Source of the DNA: the human T2T-CHM13v2.0 reference genome, Homo sapiens | DNA length: 64,000 nt | Direction: 5' to 3' (one strand) | NCBI RefSeq assembly: GCF_009914755.1 | Contig: NC_060937.1 | In this document: in pieces, positions 38,116-54,129 of the stretch | Numbering within the stretch: position 1 is the stretch's first letter | How the letters are laid out: the number at the start of each line of letters is the position of its first letter | Program-made: the position numbers and the translations under genes | Notes under the pieces: generated by a model | What the model was told of the DNA's origin: nothing | The model's input: only the letters and a program-made list of their open reading frames with translations | Database searches by the model: none

Positions 38116-38667
38116 CTCAACTCACTTGGAATAACAACTGAAGTCCTTTCAATGACCTACAAGGCCTTGCAACAACTTGACTTCCAATGACATCTCTGAG
38201 CTCATTTTGTCTCCTTCCCTCATGCATTCTACTAGAGTCACATTAGCCTCCTTCCTGGTCTTTGAACCCAACAAGCGCATTCCTACTCAGGACCTTTGCG
38301 CTTTCCATTCTCTCTGCCTGGAACGCCCTTCCCAGGATACCTGTGGTTCACACCCCTATTTTCTTCAAGTCTTGGTTCACATGTCGTCTTCCCGGGGATG
38401 CCCTCCCTGACACCAGTTACATAAAATTGAATCCCCTTCATAACTCCATCCTTGACTTATTTTTCCCAATAGCATTTATCATCAATTAGTATACTACATA
38501 ATTTTCAATTTTATTTTGTTTAGTATGTATCTATCCCTACCAGAATATACGCTCATTAAGGCCAGGAATTTTTAACATTTTTTTCACACCTGAATAATTC
38601 CCAACTGTTAAAGTGAACAATGTTCAGGACACAGCAGATGTTCAAAAGATATTTGCTGAATGAATAA
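38116..38667 (+). mobile_element. L2a 3' region
   Basis: ttctctctgcctggaacgcccttccc...aaagatatttgctgaatgaataa. Confidence 0.8.
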
Positions 38668-38758
38668 GTACCTATGAAAAATGTGCTCATCTCCATCTTT
38701 ATCAGACAAAGATTGGCCTCAGGCTTAGAATTGTTGGAAGGCATCAGTATCTAGCTAC

Positions 38759-39182
38759 AGTTGAAAATTATGTTTGTCAAAGGATAATTTTTAAAAGATA
38801 AAATCATAACTTTCATACAAATATAAAATGAACATGTGTTAATGATTTTATTTAACTTATTAATGAGTGAACAAGTAAGATGTTACAACCAGTTCAAAGG
38901 AGAATTCAAGTAACACACACATAAAGAGGCAGATAAGGAATGCTGAGATGAATTTACCAATAGAGGCAAAACTGATCAATATCAACAGAGCAGTAAGCAA
39001 TTCCATTCCATCAGCTAAAACTCATTGGCTCTCCTATTGGTAAGATGTGTATTGTGTAAGTCTATTTACACATAAGTTTTCTATAACTTAAAGTCTTATA
39101 AATAGCTCAAGAACAATTAAAAGAACAAATAACCCAGAAGGGTGCAATAGACAAGATACCCAGTAACCTTATTTTTTGCCCA
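38759..39182 (-). mobile_element. LTR37A/B solo LTR (ERV1)
   Basis: gttgaaaattatgtttgtcaaaggataattt and gattttatttaacttattaatgag match the reverse of the LTR37 3' end; agaacaaataacccag near the 5' end. Confidence 0.75.
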
Positions 39183-39373
39183 TTTTAATGTCTTTCATAA
39201 TTTTTCCTGGCACGTTGTTTTATGTTTATTGTATTTACTTTTATAGATAATATGCTATTTATAGAAAATGGCACTGGCTTTTCACTTGTATTAGTGATAT
39301 AGTTGTCTTTAAAGAGATTTGTTTGCATTTTTAGAAGAATGCCAATTAAAAAATATATATCTAGAAAGTGTAG

Positions 39374-39540
39374 GACTGTGTCCTTCAACCTTTAATATGC
39401 ATACACACCATCTGAGTATCTTGTTTAAATGCAGATTCTGTTGAGGGGAGGTCGGGGTGGAGCCTGAGACTCCGCATTTGTGGTAAGCTCCCAGATGCTG
39501 CCCATGAGGGTGGTCCAAAGAGCACGCTTTAAGTAGAAAG
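39374..39540. mobile_element. MER5A/B MITE
   Basis: cttgtttaaatgcagattctg...gggtggagcctgagactccgcattt. Confidence 0.78.
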
Positions 39541-40364
39541 TGTATAAATGGCACTGGGATAAGGCAAAAATATATATATTTTGACTAAAGTTTGAGGAAA
39601 TTGCAATAGATTATTGAGTAGGATTGTCTGAAAGGTTTAAGCAGAGGAGTGACAGGATCAAATTTGTTCTTTGGGATCATTTTTTTGCCCTCAGAGGGAG
39701 GGCTGCAAAGAAAGGCGGTTGAGGGACACCTCTTTTATCCTCTGGAACAAAAACTATGGGGCCAGAACCCAGACAGAAGTACCACCTCAGCAACTGGTGA
39801 TGTCTTATTACTGTTATTGTTGTTATTGTTGTTCAAGAATCTACTAGTTTCTTCGTAAGCTTCCCAGAGCATGGACATTGAATTTTCTGTTGCATAAGTT
39901 TCTTCTGTAACAGTTGGTGGAAAACAGGTCTTCACTCCCTGAATCAGAGGTGCAAAGAACAGCCTTCTCTACTGTGTCAATAGACCCTATAAGTGCAAAA
40001 GGCATTGACTCAATTCTTGGCAAATGTGAACCTAATAGCACTCTTTTCCATTATAAAAATACGAACATTGAAGAGTTTAGTTGCTTACTTGAGTGATTTC
40101 TCCTCCAATTATCCAAATGTGTCTCTTAAGAAATCATCTTTTGTAGAACTCTGCAGTATCTATGTACATCCTTTTCCTTCCATAGTTTAGAACATTCCTA
40201 AGGGAAGCAATTGGAAGGCAACAACAAGTAGCAACACACTTGCAAATATGTTCCTACACGACTACTAATCCAAAATGTCGTAAGTGCCTGACATGTCAAG
40301 TATTGGAGGGAAAGCTATATCAGACAGAATAAGATGGCTGGTTAAATGCAATGCATTTTATAAG

Positions 40365-42150
<1,786 letters not shown>

Positions 42151-42339
42151 TCCTCCTTCTTCTTGTTTGAGCACTATAGTTTTATCTTATGGAAACAATT
42201 TTGTATTTCTTTTATTTTTGCTTTTCTGAGAGGTCACAATTTAATCTAATTTGAAGAAAGTTTGTCAATAAAGTATATCAGGTTGTGCCTGGGGCATAAT
42301 AGGTACTAAAGAAATATTAGCTCTCCCCTCCTTCCACAA

Positions 42340-42590
42340 CACAGCCTACATTTTTACTAGAAGTTGGAAGTCAGAACAACATAGGTTTAAATTCTTCCTC
42401 TGTCACTTACCAAGTGGGTGTTCTCATGCAAATTATGTAACCTCACTGAGCTTCATTTCTACATCTGTAAAATGGAGATAATAATATTGACTCCATGGGG
42501 TTTTATAACTAGTAGGTGTAATATAAATGTGTCAGGTACATAAAAAGGCCTAATAAACATTTTATGAATGAATGAATAAATAAATAGAGT
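42340..42590 (+). mobile_element. MIR
   Basis: aacctcactgagcttcatttctacatctgtaaaatggagataataata. Confidence 0.8.
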
Positions 42591-42866
42591 TAGCAACTAT
42601 TCAAGCTATATGGCAGAATGAACCAATGACACTCCATGGCTTGATGATTAAACAAATATTTGGGAAAGAATAGCCCATTTTCTAGTTTCCTATAGACATT
42701 CCTGGTAAGAAACTAGCCTCCCAGACTCTACCTACTTCTGGTGATGGGTAGAAAGAAAATTCAACATTCCTCTCACAGGAGTCTTTGTGAGGATTTCCAG
42801 AATTCAGGGACCCACCTTTCCGTTTTTTTGTGTGCTAAGTAATACACACAAAGTGCATTATTTCTA

Positions 42867-43244
<378 letters not shown>

Positions 43245-43302
43245 TTAGGAAATGGGCTCTTCTCTTCCAGCTATTTCTTTAATCATCAAGCCATGATTAG
43301 TA

Positions 43303-43418
43303 TTGTATTTGTTTTTGTTTTTTTCAGAAAGGGTGGTCTCCTTATGTCACCCAGGCTAGCCTCAAACTCCTGGGCTCAAGTGATGGTCTCACCCCAGCCT
43401 CCTGAGTAGCTGGGACTA
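43303..43418 (-). mobile_element. FLAM monomer (partial)
   Basis: caggctagcctcaaactcctgggctcaagtgat...agtagctgggacta. Confidence 0.8.
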
Positions 43419-43467
43419 TTAGTGCTTTCTCTAGGTCTGGGCAAAAGAGAGTGTGCTTGTTGCTCCT

Positions 43468-43652
43468 AAGTTTGCCAGATTTAGCAAATAAACCACAGTT
43501 AATAATTAAGAAAAATTAATTCTTAATTTCAGATAATGAACAATATTTTAGTATAAGTATGTCCCATGCATTATTTGGGATATACTTATATTTTAAAAGT
43601 TTCATCATTTATCTGAAATTCACATTTAACTGCATATCCTGTACTTTATTTG
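43468..43652. mobile_element. MER53 palindromic hAT MITE
   Basis: ttgccagatttagcaaataaa start; arms aatttcagataa/ttatctgaaatt and tataagtatgtccca/tgggatatacttata. Confidence 0.88.
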
Positions 43653-44108
43653 TTCCATGCTTTAGAGGGCCTTACATAATATAAATGCACTTAAGACAAG
43701 AAAAAAATAAATGTAGTAAAAAAAAAAAATACAGGGGACTCTGGTATTTGTCATGCACATCTGGTGTTCATCAGTGGCACAGCATAACTTGTAACCCTAA
43801 ACATTCTCTTTTATAACTAAAACATTCCCATGGCTAACACTGTTCAGGCTCCACAGAATCACCTGTCCACCCCTCTTGCACTTTTGTCCTTGAACTAAAA
43901 GAGAATTTCATCCAAATGCCATGACGGCTTATGGGTTGGGCCACTGCCAAGGTCCGAGGCAGATATTGCTTCAAAGTATTAGGAATTTTTGAGTGATCTT
44001 CCTTTCAGATAACATGGATGACATAGACTCTTACAAAGTTAAATATAGGTTCACTGTAGTGCTGAGTGACCTATTTGTGCTCAAGTGCGTGGTTCTGGAG
44101 GTAGAGTC

Positions 44109-44421
44109 AGTACCCATGGATCCCATATTCATGTATTCAACTGACCATGCATAGAAAGTAGGGAAAAAAAATAAAAATAACATTACAACAGTACAAAATA
44201 ATACCAATAGAAAAATAATACAGTATAACAACTGTTTACATAGCATTTATATTGTATTAGGTATTATAAATAATCTAGAGATGATTTAAAGTATACGGGA
44301 GGATGTACCTAGGTTAGATGCAAATACTATATCATTTTATATCAGGAACTTGAGCATCCACTAATTTTGATATCTGTCATAGTACTGGGCCCAATCCCCT
44401 GCAATTACTGAGGAATGAATG
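44109..44421 (+). mobile_element. Tigger3a (MER7A)
   Basis: tacagtataacaactgtttacatagcatttatattgtattaggtattataaataatctagagatgatttaaagtatacgggagg. Confidence 0.88.
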
Positions 44422-45182
44422 TACTTGTAAATCAGTGGAGCATTTGTGACATGATGACAGGAAAACATTTTGCAATATTAAACAAATTTGTATATTTATA
44501 AATATATCTATGACTGCATAAAACATGATAGCAATTCTTTAGTTGGCAACTAGATAGATGTTTAATGCTAGAAATGCAGATAGATTTATTTTTATGAAAT
44601 ATTTAATAGGATTTAAATATTTGCAAAACTAAATCATTTTAAATCATCAGCTGTATTTAGATAATTTTGATCTAAAAGTTTGGTATTCATTAACTATTGT
44701 TGGTAACTTGCCTTTTAACTTTAAAAAGTAATTTCAACTATTTTAGGAGAAAAATAAGTGGCTTAAAATGTATATGAAATAATTCAAATTTTTCACATTT
44801 ACATTAATTCACCTTTTAAATATAGTTTAAATAAAAATATATTTGTATTTTTAATCTTTTATACCACTATTATGAAGTGAGCATAAATGATGTGAAAATC
44901 TTGATTAGAACAAAATAGCGACCAAGCTAAAATAGGTGATAAAAATAAAATGTATGTAGTGATTATATAAGAATCATTATTTAAGCCTCTATTTATTATT
45001 TATGTAAACATTGCCAGCTCATCAAAAGATGACCTAGACACGTACAATGATAATTAAATTCAGTAGTCTGTAATATTTTGCCAATTACTAGTCAAGTAAA
45101 AACAACAGCTTAACACGTATTTTTAAATTTTGTTGCTATTTTGCACGCTAGGCAGACAGTACATTTTATTCACCAGTTTAAG

Positions 45183-45226
45183 TTTTCCATTAATTTCCAT
45201 TAATTTTCCATTAATAAGTTTTCCAT
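45183..45226 (+). repeat. Short tandem repeat (TTTCCATTAAT) x3-4
   Basis: Direct read. Confidence 0.85.
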
Positions 45227-47329
45227 GCTTAGACCAGAGTGCTATGCTTCTTCGTTGGAACTCTTGCTCTGGAACAGTCTAGATTGCCCAGGTGAGGAAG
45301 GGAGCCGGCCCAATACTTTTATCTTCCCTAAAGGGAGAAAAAAAAAAGACATACCAGCGGGCTCCTGCACTTTGTCGTCGAGGAAGTCTAACTCTTGCTC
45401 CCTTATAAGACCAAAGACTCCTCTAGACTCTGCTGAAGAGGCAAGGTCAAGGTGGCGAGTGTGGGATTGGAAGGAAACACAGAAGGGCAGGGAGAGAGCC
45501 TGCTGAGTCCTGGGATGCTCAGAGAGGCAGCGCTTTCTTCACAGGGGCCTGGAATCTCTCCTAGGAATAGAGTTAGAGGGACATGTGTCCGGAGCACGCT
45601 GCAAATGAGGCTGATGAGGCCCTGCACGGCAGAAATCCTGGCTGAGGATGAGCCCAAGGCTGGGTGAGGAAATGTGATTGGAAGAGCAAGTGGAAGGCTG
45701 TGAGAAATCACCTACACTAGGTCTAGGATGGCATAAAAAAGCACTTTGCAGTGAAAAAGGTCCAAATATCCCTTCCTTGGGTGGCGGCCCTTCACCTCCA
45801 GCAGCAGGCCCAAGTGCCTCACCCCACAGCCCTGCCCTAGACGCCAGCCTCCCAGCTTCTCTGCCTGGGGCCCACTGAACCCTGCAACTACATTCGGTAG
45901 TGGGCAGGGGGTGCTGCCAGGGTTTCCCCCATGCTGTTTCACAAGCACATGCTCTTCCCTCTGCCCACACCCACTCCTTGACACCCCCTTTCTGTTTCTG
46001 GTGGACCCCCATGCACCTTCAAGACCTAGCACAGTGTCACCTCTTACCGACTGCCAACCCAGAGCAGGATGATGGCCTTCCCTGGGCTCCCCTGGGGTCA
46101 CACAGAACGGATTCTACCCCAGTGTTCGGTCATCCTTTAATATGGAACACATCACACATTGAAGTTTCTGTCTCCAGGAAACTGCGAGTGTTTGAGGCTC
46201 AAGGACCCTTTCATCCCCTGTTCCCAGTATCTGTCGTATGTTCCTGGCATGTAATCGACAATAAATGTCTGTTGCCTGAATTGATCATAGTCTTCCTTGA
46301 TCCTCATTATACAAAGTAGAAATTGGCATATTATAATATCATCTCATTTGTGTAGGTGAAAACGAAGAAGTTAAGTTCACTGACCAAGGATCTCAGTGCT
46401 GTCTTCTGGCTTCTAAGGCCACAGTACAGGACTTTCTACTAAATTGTGGGTATTAAATTAAATGGTGCTTTTTTTTTTTTAATTTAAGGAGGTTCTGTTA
46501 GCTGTTAATTCTGTTTGAAGAACAAAGGGAACAAGTGGTTCTCACCTTGAAGCTATGGAGCAATAGACATACACTTTGAAGCATTCCTTCACCAGTGAGA
46601 ATTGGTTTTGAGCCTTCCTTTTGCCTAAGGTCGAGTTGGTATCATTAGTTGGGAAATAATTACACAGTGCGGAACATTCACCCCACGAGAGTCTTTGTTT
46701 TGTTTTTTTAATCAACCCTTTACAGGAAGTTGGTTTTCACCCAGGTAACTGCTGCAAAATATTTATCCAGGTAAGAGAAACATTCCTCAGCCAATCAGAG
46801 ACATTTCTTCTGTGTGACTTCACCCACCTCATTACCATTTACTACGCAGGCCTTGTAATTACCTTCAGAAGGGAACACATCCTGTTTCTGCTTGCTCAAA
46901 CTCTCTGACTGACATTTTCTCTGACTTTCCAGAACTGTGCTGAGAAGTCTCGGTCAGACAGGTAATGAGGAGGCCTGGCTCTTTCGGTCAAAATGTGCCT
47001 CAAAACATGTGGGGGCACAGGGAAATTTAAAGCCATCCCTGAAGAGTCAGACCTACTCCTCAGTTGGGAATGACCCTCAGTCCTTAGGGGAATAAACACA
47101 GGGATGGGCAAGGAGACGACTACCCGGGGAGAGGCTCCAACCAGACATGGTAAATAATGCCCTGAGGCTCACACATGTGCACCCTTCTCTCCCCAGGAGC
47201 AGACCTGAAAATCAGTAACACTGACGCAACATTTACATGGAGCCTCAGCTGGGATGGCCATTCAAATCTCTGATAAGCTGATTTTCTATCCATTGGTACA
47301 ATGTAATGAGTGAAAAATCGGTTAGGAGT

Positions 47330-47540
47330 TCTAAAGGGCCAGCCTCAAATACCAGCTCTGCGTCTTTGTAGCAGTGACCTTGGGCAAGTTACTCAACTCG
47401 CCAAACATGTTTCACCGTCTGTAAAATGGGAATGACAGCATTTGTCTCACAGCTAGTGTGAAGAAGATTCAATAACACAGGGTATAAAATCTGCAGAGCA
47501 CAACTGTCTAGCACTGGAGCTGGCTGCCACCAAATATTAG
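47330..47540 (+). mobile_element. MIR
   Basis: gtgaccttgggcaagttactcaac...tctgtaaaatgggaatgacag. Confidence 0.8.
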
Positions 47541-47739
47541 CATTCTTTCCTCTTTTGCCCTCTGTCCCTGGAGGAGGACATTGTAAGGACCTACCTGCTC
47601 AGGGAATGCTATTAATAGTTAATCATCATGGAGGAACCGGCAGTCACAAAAAGCAGGAGCTGCAAATTCAGCTTCCTATGAGGGCCAGGAAGGGGGCCCA
47701 GTGTGTGTGCAGGGGGCCATGACAAGTAGGAGAGAACAT

Positions 47740-47950
47740 AACCTTTAAAGAGGCTTCTCAGGATTATTTTAAATACATAGACATCTGGACTGATGTTAGC
47801 TGAGCTTCGATTTTTTAAGAGAAGCAAAACTTCAAGATATTTACTTGCGAGTTCCCAGTTTTTAAAAGTTGAATCAAATTAAAATGAAAATGAATATTTT
47901 GTAAGCCAAATAAAACACTTTCCCACAGGCTGCCTGTTTGCAATCTCTAT
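47740..47950. mobile_element. MER103C-like hAT fragment
   Basis: agccaaataaaacac...gctgcctgtttgcaatctct. Confidence 0.45.
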
Positions 47951-48084
47951 ACAAGGTAACAATGCAAATGGTACAATACATTACATAGGGGACTGAACTT
48001 GAAAACCAGTGCAAATCTTGTTGTACTTGCATCATTTACTGTGATCTGCAATACCATACACAAATGAGATATGTGTTACACAGA

Positions 48085-48290
48085 TAGCTGACATCTAATG
48101 AGCTCTTCCTGTGTGTCTGCATTACCTTATTTAATCCTAGCAATTCTATAGGGTAGCTGTTATTATGCTCACCATTTTACAGATGTGGTTTAGAGATAAC
48201 TCTCCCAAGATCATCTATTTGTTAAGAGGTGGAGCTGAGATCAGCTATCTTGTGTACTCCAAATCCCAGGTTCCTCAACACCACCCAATG
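48085..48290 (-). mobile_element. MIR
   Basis: ccattttacagatg...cccaagatca...ggtggagctgagatc. Confidence 0.7.
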
Positions 48291-48799
48291 CCTAATGCTT
48301 ACGTGACCTTGAAGAGTAAGGGAGCGAGGCCCAGGGAGAATCTCGGTCAACAAGTTATTACCACCATGTCTCCTTGGCATAAATTTTTAAAGTGAGATGT
48401 TGCTGCTATCTTGGAGCAGAACATTTTCTGCCAAGGGTTGTTGCCTGGAGGTGTTGGCTATACTGCATGCTTACCGAGAAGACTGGCTTTAAATATGTCC
48501 AACCAATAAACAGAGAGAAGCCTACACTTAAGAAAATTGGAGTCAATATTTGTTACAGCCCTGAAGTCCTGCAGACTAACAGGATGTGGGCACAGAGCAG
48601 TCATTGGTCATGGAGCATGACACAGTTCCCACACACACTGCCAGCACCCTGGCCCACCCACCACCCCTGTCTGCTTCAGACACTTCAAGCGAGGATTACA
48701 GAGTGGATTGTAGATGCAGCTCCTAGGAGGCTGAGACCTGTGGTGTGTGGGCACAGTCCACATTCCCACAAGCTTTAACACATGTCAAAAATAAAATAT

Positions 48800-49530
48800 C
48801 ACCAGTCAATGAAAACAACAGAGCTACCATTTCCCACCCAACCAATTGGCAAAATTTGAAAATACCAGTTCTTCATATCGTCAAACATGTGGGGGAAATG
48901 AGAATTCTTGCACATGGCTGATGGTATAAATTAGTTCAGAAAACATTTGGTATATTGAAAATGCATGTGGCCTATCACCCAGCTATACCATTTCCAGCTA
49001 TATATTTCTGGAGGAAACGTCCCATATGTGCACAAGGAGATGTGTGTAAGAAGTTTCACTGTAACAGTCTATGTGATGTCCAAAGATAGAGGGATTAATA
49101 GATTTTGTGGCCCATTCACACTGGGGAACACTGTGCAGAAGTTGAAATGAATGAATTAGATTATCATAAATCCACATGGTTACATCCTGGCAACATAATG
49201 TTAAGTGAAAAAAAGAAAGTCACAGGATGATAAATATATCATGTCACCATCTCTGTGGGTGTTTTTAAAATACACTATTATGATATGTTATATGAGGAAA
49301 GAAAAAATGGCATAAATTGAAAGATGCACAATACATTTGTGATAGCAGTGACCCCTGGGGAAGGAAGAAGTGGAATGGGACTGGGAAGGAGAACAAAAGG
49401 GACTTGGACTTTCTCTGAAGCAAATACAATGAAACATGCACATCTGCTCCTTCTGGCTAGTGGGCACGGGGCATTTGTTACATTCTCTATTGTTTCTATA
49501 CTTACATACTTGTTGTCCAAAATAAAAAGG
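48800..49530 (+). mobile_element. L1ME 3' fragment
   Basis: tgtgcacaaggagatgtgtgtaagaagtttcactg and aacataatgttaagtgaaaaaaag. Confidence 0.7.
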
Positions 49531-49758
49531 AGAATGGTATCCTGAAAAAGCACTGATCTGGAAAGCAGTTTGCTCACCACCTTGGCTGCGCCATCTTAGC
49601 TCCTCGTAACTCTGGTGCAGGCAGCTTCCTTCCCAATCAGGGTGTACATCGCCTGTCTTCTGGTAAGGACCTGAGCAAGTATTGGGTCCAGCCCAATTCT
49701 GGGGTCAGTTATTCTGTGAAAGTCAAATGTAACTTGAGGTTTTGAAAGGAGGGAAGTA

Positions 49759-50042
<284 letters not shown>

Positions 50043-50164
50043 CTAGCTAGCATGTAGAACATTGCCAGCTGTATTTTAAGAAAGTTTTCTAAGTTCTCTA
50101 ATCTTAAAATACAGTCAGAGAAAGAGTAAAACTTCCTGATAAGTCAATATACAATAAATCCCAA

Positions 50165-50340
50165 CATGGTGTGATAGAGTTAGGAATCAGACAGACCTGG
50201 ACTTAAATTCCAGGATCATTATTTCCTTGTTTTGAATCATTTGGCAGAGAAACATATTTGCATCTCAGTCTCCTTCACCATAAAATACGGAAAGGAATCT
50301 CTTCCTCATGGCTCTGTTGTGGGAACTTCACAAATGAATA
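50165..50340 (+). mobile_element. MIR
   Basis: ggaatcagacagacctgg...tctcagtctccttcaccataaaat. Confidence 0.65.
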
Positions 50341-50390
50341 AGGTCTGTCCTTATTCATTCCTCAGGCAAAATAGACACCTATAATCCTGA

Positions 50391-50572
50391 CCATATTTCA
50401 TTACTTCTAAGTCACACAGTTTCTTCCATTTAAGAATCTCTGAAATCAGGGTCTACTTATAATCTATAGTATCTTAAAATTATAATTGGTGGAATTTTTT
50501 CTTATTTCTTACCACGAACAACACAAAAATATGTCTTATAATTAGTGAGGTTTCAATTCTGCTAAATATAGT
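50391..50572 (-). mobile_element. MER104 (Tc2-type MITE)
   Basis: ccatatttcattacttctaag...atctctgaaatcaggg...aaatatagta. Confidence 0.7.
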
Positions 50573-52019
50573 AGTTCTGACTTTCCTCTTTCATATAGTA
50601 GGTATGTGTAAATCTAGATTAATCAGTAATGTTATTAGGCTGTTATCTAATCTGTATCGCCAACCCTGAGAAAAGCGCTCATAAGAACTTACCTCATTTT
50701 AATCAGTCATACCAGCCTTCCTAGAGAAAAAAAAATAAACGGGGTTCCCTCCACAGTGGAAGCTTTGGCCCTAGACAGGATGTATCCTTAAAATCAATCA
50801 TCATAACTTCAACATGTTTTATGGTTCTCCTGAAAGACTGAAGGTAGGCAAGATAGGCATATCTGAAGAAAGCATTAAGTACACAATAAAGCTGTAAACA
50901 AGCCCCAAGCTCATCTTCAGATCTAGTCTGTTAATAAGCAACAGAAGTATTAGCTAAGCATTTTTGGGAAATGAGGAACAATTTGGATAACTTTTGAAAC
51001 ATAAAAAATGTAACAGGAAAATAAAAGTTCCAGAAAATGTATATAATAAGAACACATTATGCTTTATATTTTTCAAAGATTTTTTCATCTGTTTTATTTG
51101 ATAGATTATCACAAAAATTTCATGAATTAAAAGAATAAATATTATTCTCTTTTTACACATCAGACAAATTAGGCATGGAAGTAAGTGGTTTATTAAGATC
51201 ACATAGCTAGTAGAAATAGGAGTAGAACCCAGATGTTCAAATTCTCATTCTTTTTTTGTTTGTTTGTTTTGTTTTGTTTTGTTTTGCTCTAACAGCAACC
51301 AAGGAAAAAAAACACAAAGATTTTATCTGTGTCCTCTTATGGGCTTGCATGCCAAATATTTTATTTATCTTGCTTTTCTGATCACGCTTTCAACCTATCT
51401 CATAAGCAACAGCCCTGAATTTCTCTTTTTCTTTCCTTCCAATGTATAGACCCATAAAATCATTCCTTTAAAAAAATCTGACAATCTGCTGTGACAGTAA
51501 AAGCCAATGTATTCACTTTTGTCATATCCCAGCCTGGCAATTTGCCTGTATCTTCTGGCATATTCTAATGAAATTACTGCTCAACTTACAGTGTACTTCC
51601 TTACAGCCCTGAGTGAATTCCCCTGCCCCATTAATCTGTATTTTCATCTATCCAAGATGTCAACTTGATATCTTATTTTCCATTTTGCCTAACTCGCTAG
51701 TAACACAATCTGTGAAACAACACATCCAATGGAAATTGCTCTGAGAAAATGTGATCATAAACGTGTCAAGTTAAGCATGTGCTAGGGTTTTTTTTTTTAA
51801 TACAGTTCAGATAGTATTAGGATATATGTAATCAAAAACACAAATGTGTTTTTATTTTCAAACCAAGAGAGATTCCCAGAACTCTTTAAAGTAGTGGTTT
51901 ATATCTTTAGCAAACTAGTTGTGGCCCATTGCTAGTCATTTATCCATTATTTTCTTATGCAGAAATGACATGAGAGGATTAATTTGTATCCTGTGGAACC
52001 TCCAGCCAAAACAGTTGGT

Positions 52020-52200
52020 CAATAATAATTGCTACTTTCACCAAGTGTTATGCATTACTTGAGGAGATTAAGTATTATTAAACTGGTGTTACAAGTGATG
52101 AAGTTGAGATTTAGAGAAGTCAAGTAATTGTCTTAAGTCACCTAGCTAATAAGTAGAAAGTCAGGATTTGAACTCAAAACCTACACCCTTAACCACTCTG
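52020..52200 (-). mobile_element. MIR
   Basis: agtcacctagctaataagtagaaagtcaggatttgaactc. Confidence 0.7.
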
Positions 52201-52249
52201 ATATGAGTTTAATTTGATCTGAACTTCTATCTTTAAAACAGGGATTGAA

Positions 52250-52649
<400 letters not shown>

Positions 52650-52772
52650 TCAGTCAACTGATACCATTTTTCTTTATTCTGCTTGGTCCTGGGGATAACA
52701 TGGTGAGTAAAAGCTGGTAAGGTATCCATCCTTATGGAGTTTACAGCCCAAAGGAGACGCCAACACTGATCA

Positions 52773-53128
<356 letters not shown>

Positions 53129-53666
53129 TTAATCCTATGAAGGAGACATCTGGTACCTGTTCAGGGACCCTGACTGAGACCTGGAGGTCAAGACAAAGCT
53201 TTCAGAGTAGGAAATGTTGTGATCCACAATCCATGGAGCAAAGCCTTGGTTGCTGTTTCTAAAGCTGAGGAAACAACAAGAATAAGGATCTCCAACTGAG
53301 TCTGTGGTCAGTGCTTTTGAACTGAATCCAGTGTGTCCCCCACTGACTTGGTCTCATAGTAATTTTCTTATCACAAAAGACACTGTCTCCATCCCTTTTG
53401 GCTAAGCATAAGTATGTTTGCAATAGCACACACCCCATTGATGGCTTGGACATGAAGGATGGTAGGAAGAAGAGAGTCAAGGATAACTGTGGGCATAAAT
53501 ACGTGGGGATAAACATGGGCAACTAAGAACTGAGGACCATCCCTCACTGGCAGTAGTAGAGCTGAGCAGCAGAAAAGGTTTGGGGGAAACTTGGATTGCA
53601 ATAATATGATCCATTTTAGACATAGAGATTTAAATGATGGTAAAATATCAGTAGAAACACTTTGCA

Positions 53667-53864
53667 AGCCTGGGCAACATAGGGAGACCCTGTCTCTACA
53701 CAAAGTAAAAATCAATTAGCTGGGCATGGTAGAACATGCCTACAGTCTCAGCTACTACTACGGAGGCAGAAGCAGGAGGATCACTTGAGCCCTGGAGTTC
53801 AAGGCTGTAATGAGCTGTGATTGCAGCACTGCACCCCAGCCTGAGTAACAGAACAAGACCCTGG
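53667..53864 (+). mobile_element. 5'-truncated AluJ
   Basis: gcctgggcaacatagggagaccctgtctct through the right arm. Confidence 0.88.
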
Positions 53865-54030
53865 AAAGAAAGAGAGAGAAAGAAAGGAAAGGAAAAGAGA
53901 AGAGGAGAGGAGAGGAGAGAAAAAGGAAGGAAGGAAGGAAGGAAGGAAGGAAGGAAGGAAGGAAGGAAGGAAGGAAGGAAGGAAGGAAGGAGAAGAGGAA
54001 GGGGAAGAGAAGAAGAAAAGAAGAAAAGGA
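53863..54030 (+). repeat. Polypurine Alu-tail microsatellite including (GGAA)16 at 53925-53988
   Basis: Direct read. Confidence 0.97.
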
Positions 54031-54129
54031 CCTTGCAGACTGAGGGGAAAAAAGATGATAAAATATAAAAACGGGGATACAATTGGAATTTATCTGCAGC
54101 CTGTAATAATAACCCTTTATAATTGCATC

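Noticed and set aside
44430-45170. Very AT-rich block, possibly an old hAT transposon or matrix-attachment region
   Set aside because: No TIRs or diagnostic motif identified with confidence
49588-49597. YY1-type motif GCGCCATCTT; also isolated AP-1/ARE (31399-31407) and CTCF-like (about 60434-60449) matches
   Set aside because: Single short motifs are expected by chance in 64 kb; no supporting context
53696-54082. ORFs with PSFL/RKEG repeats
   Set aside because: Translation of (GGAA)n plus AluJ sequence
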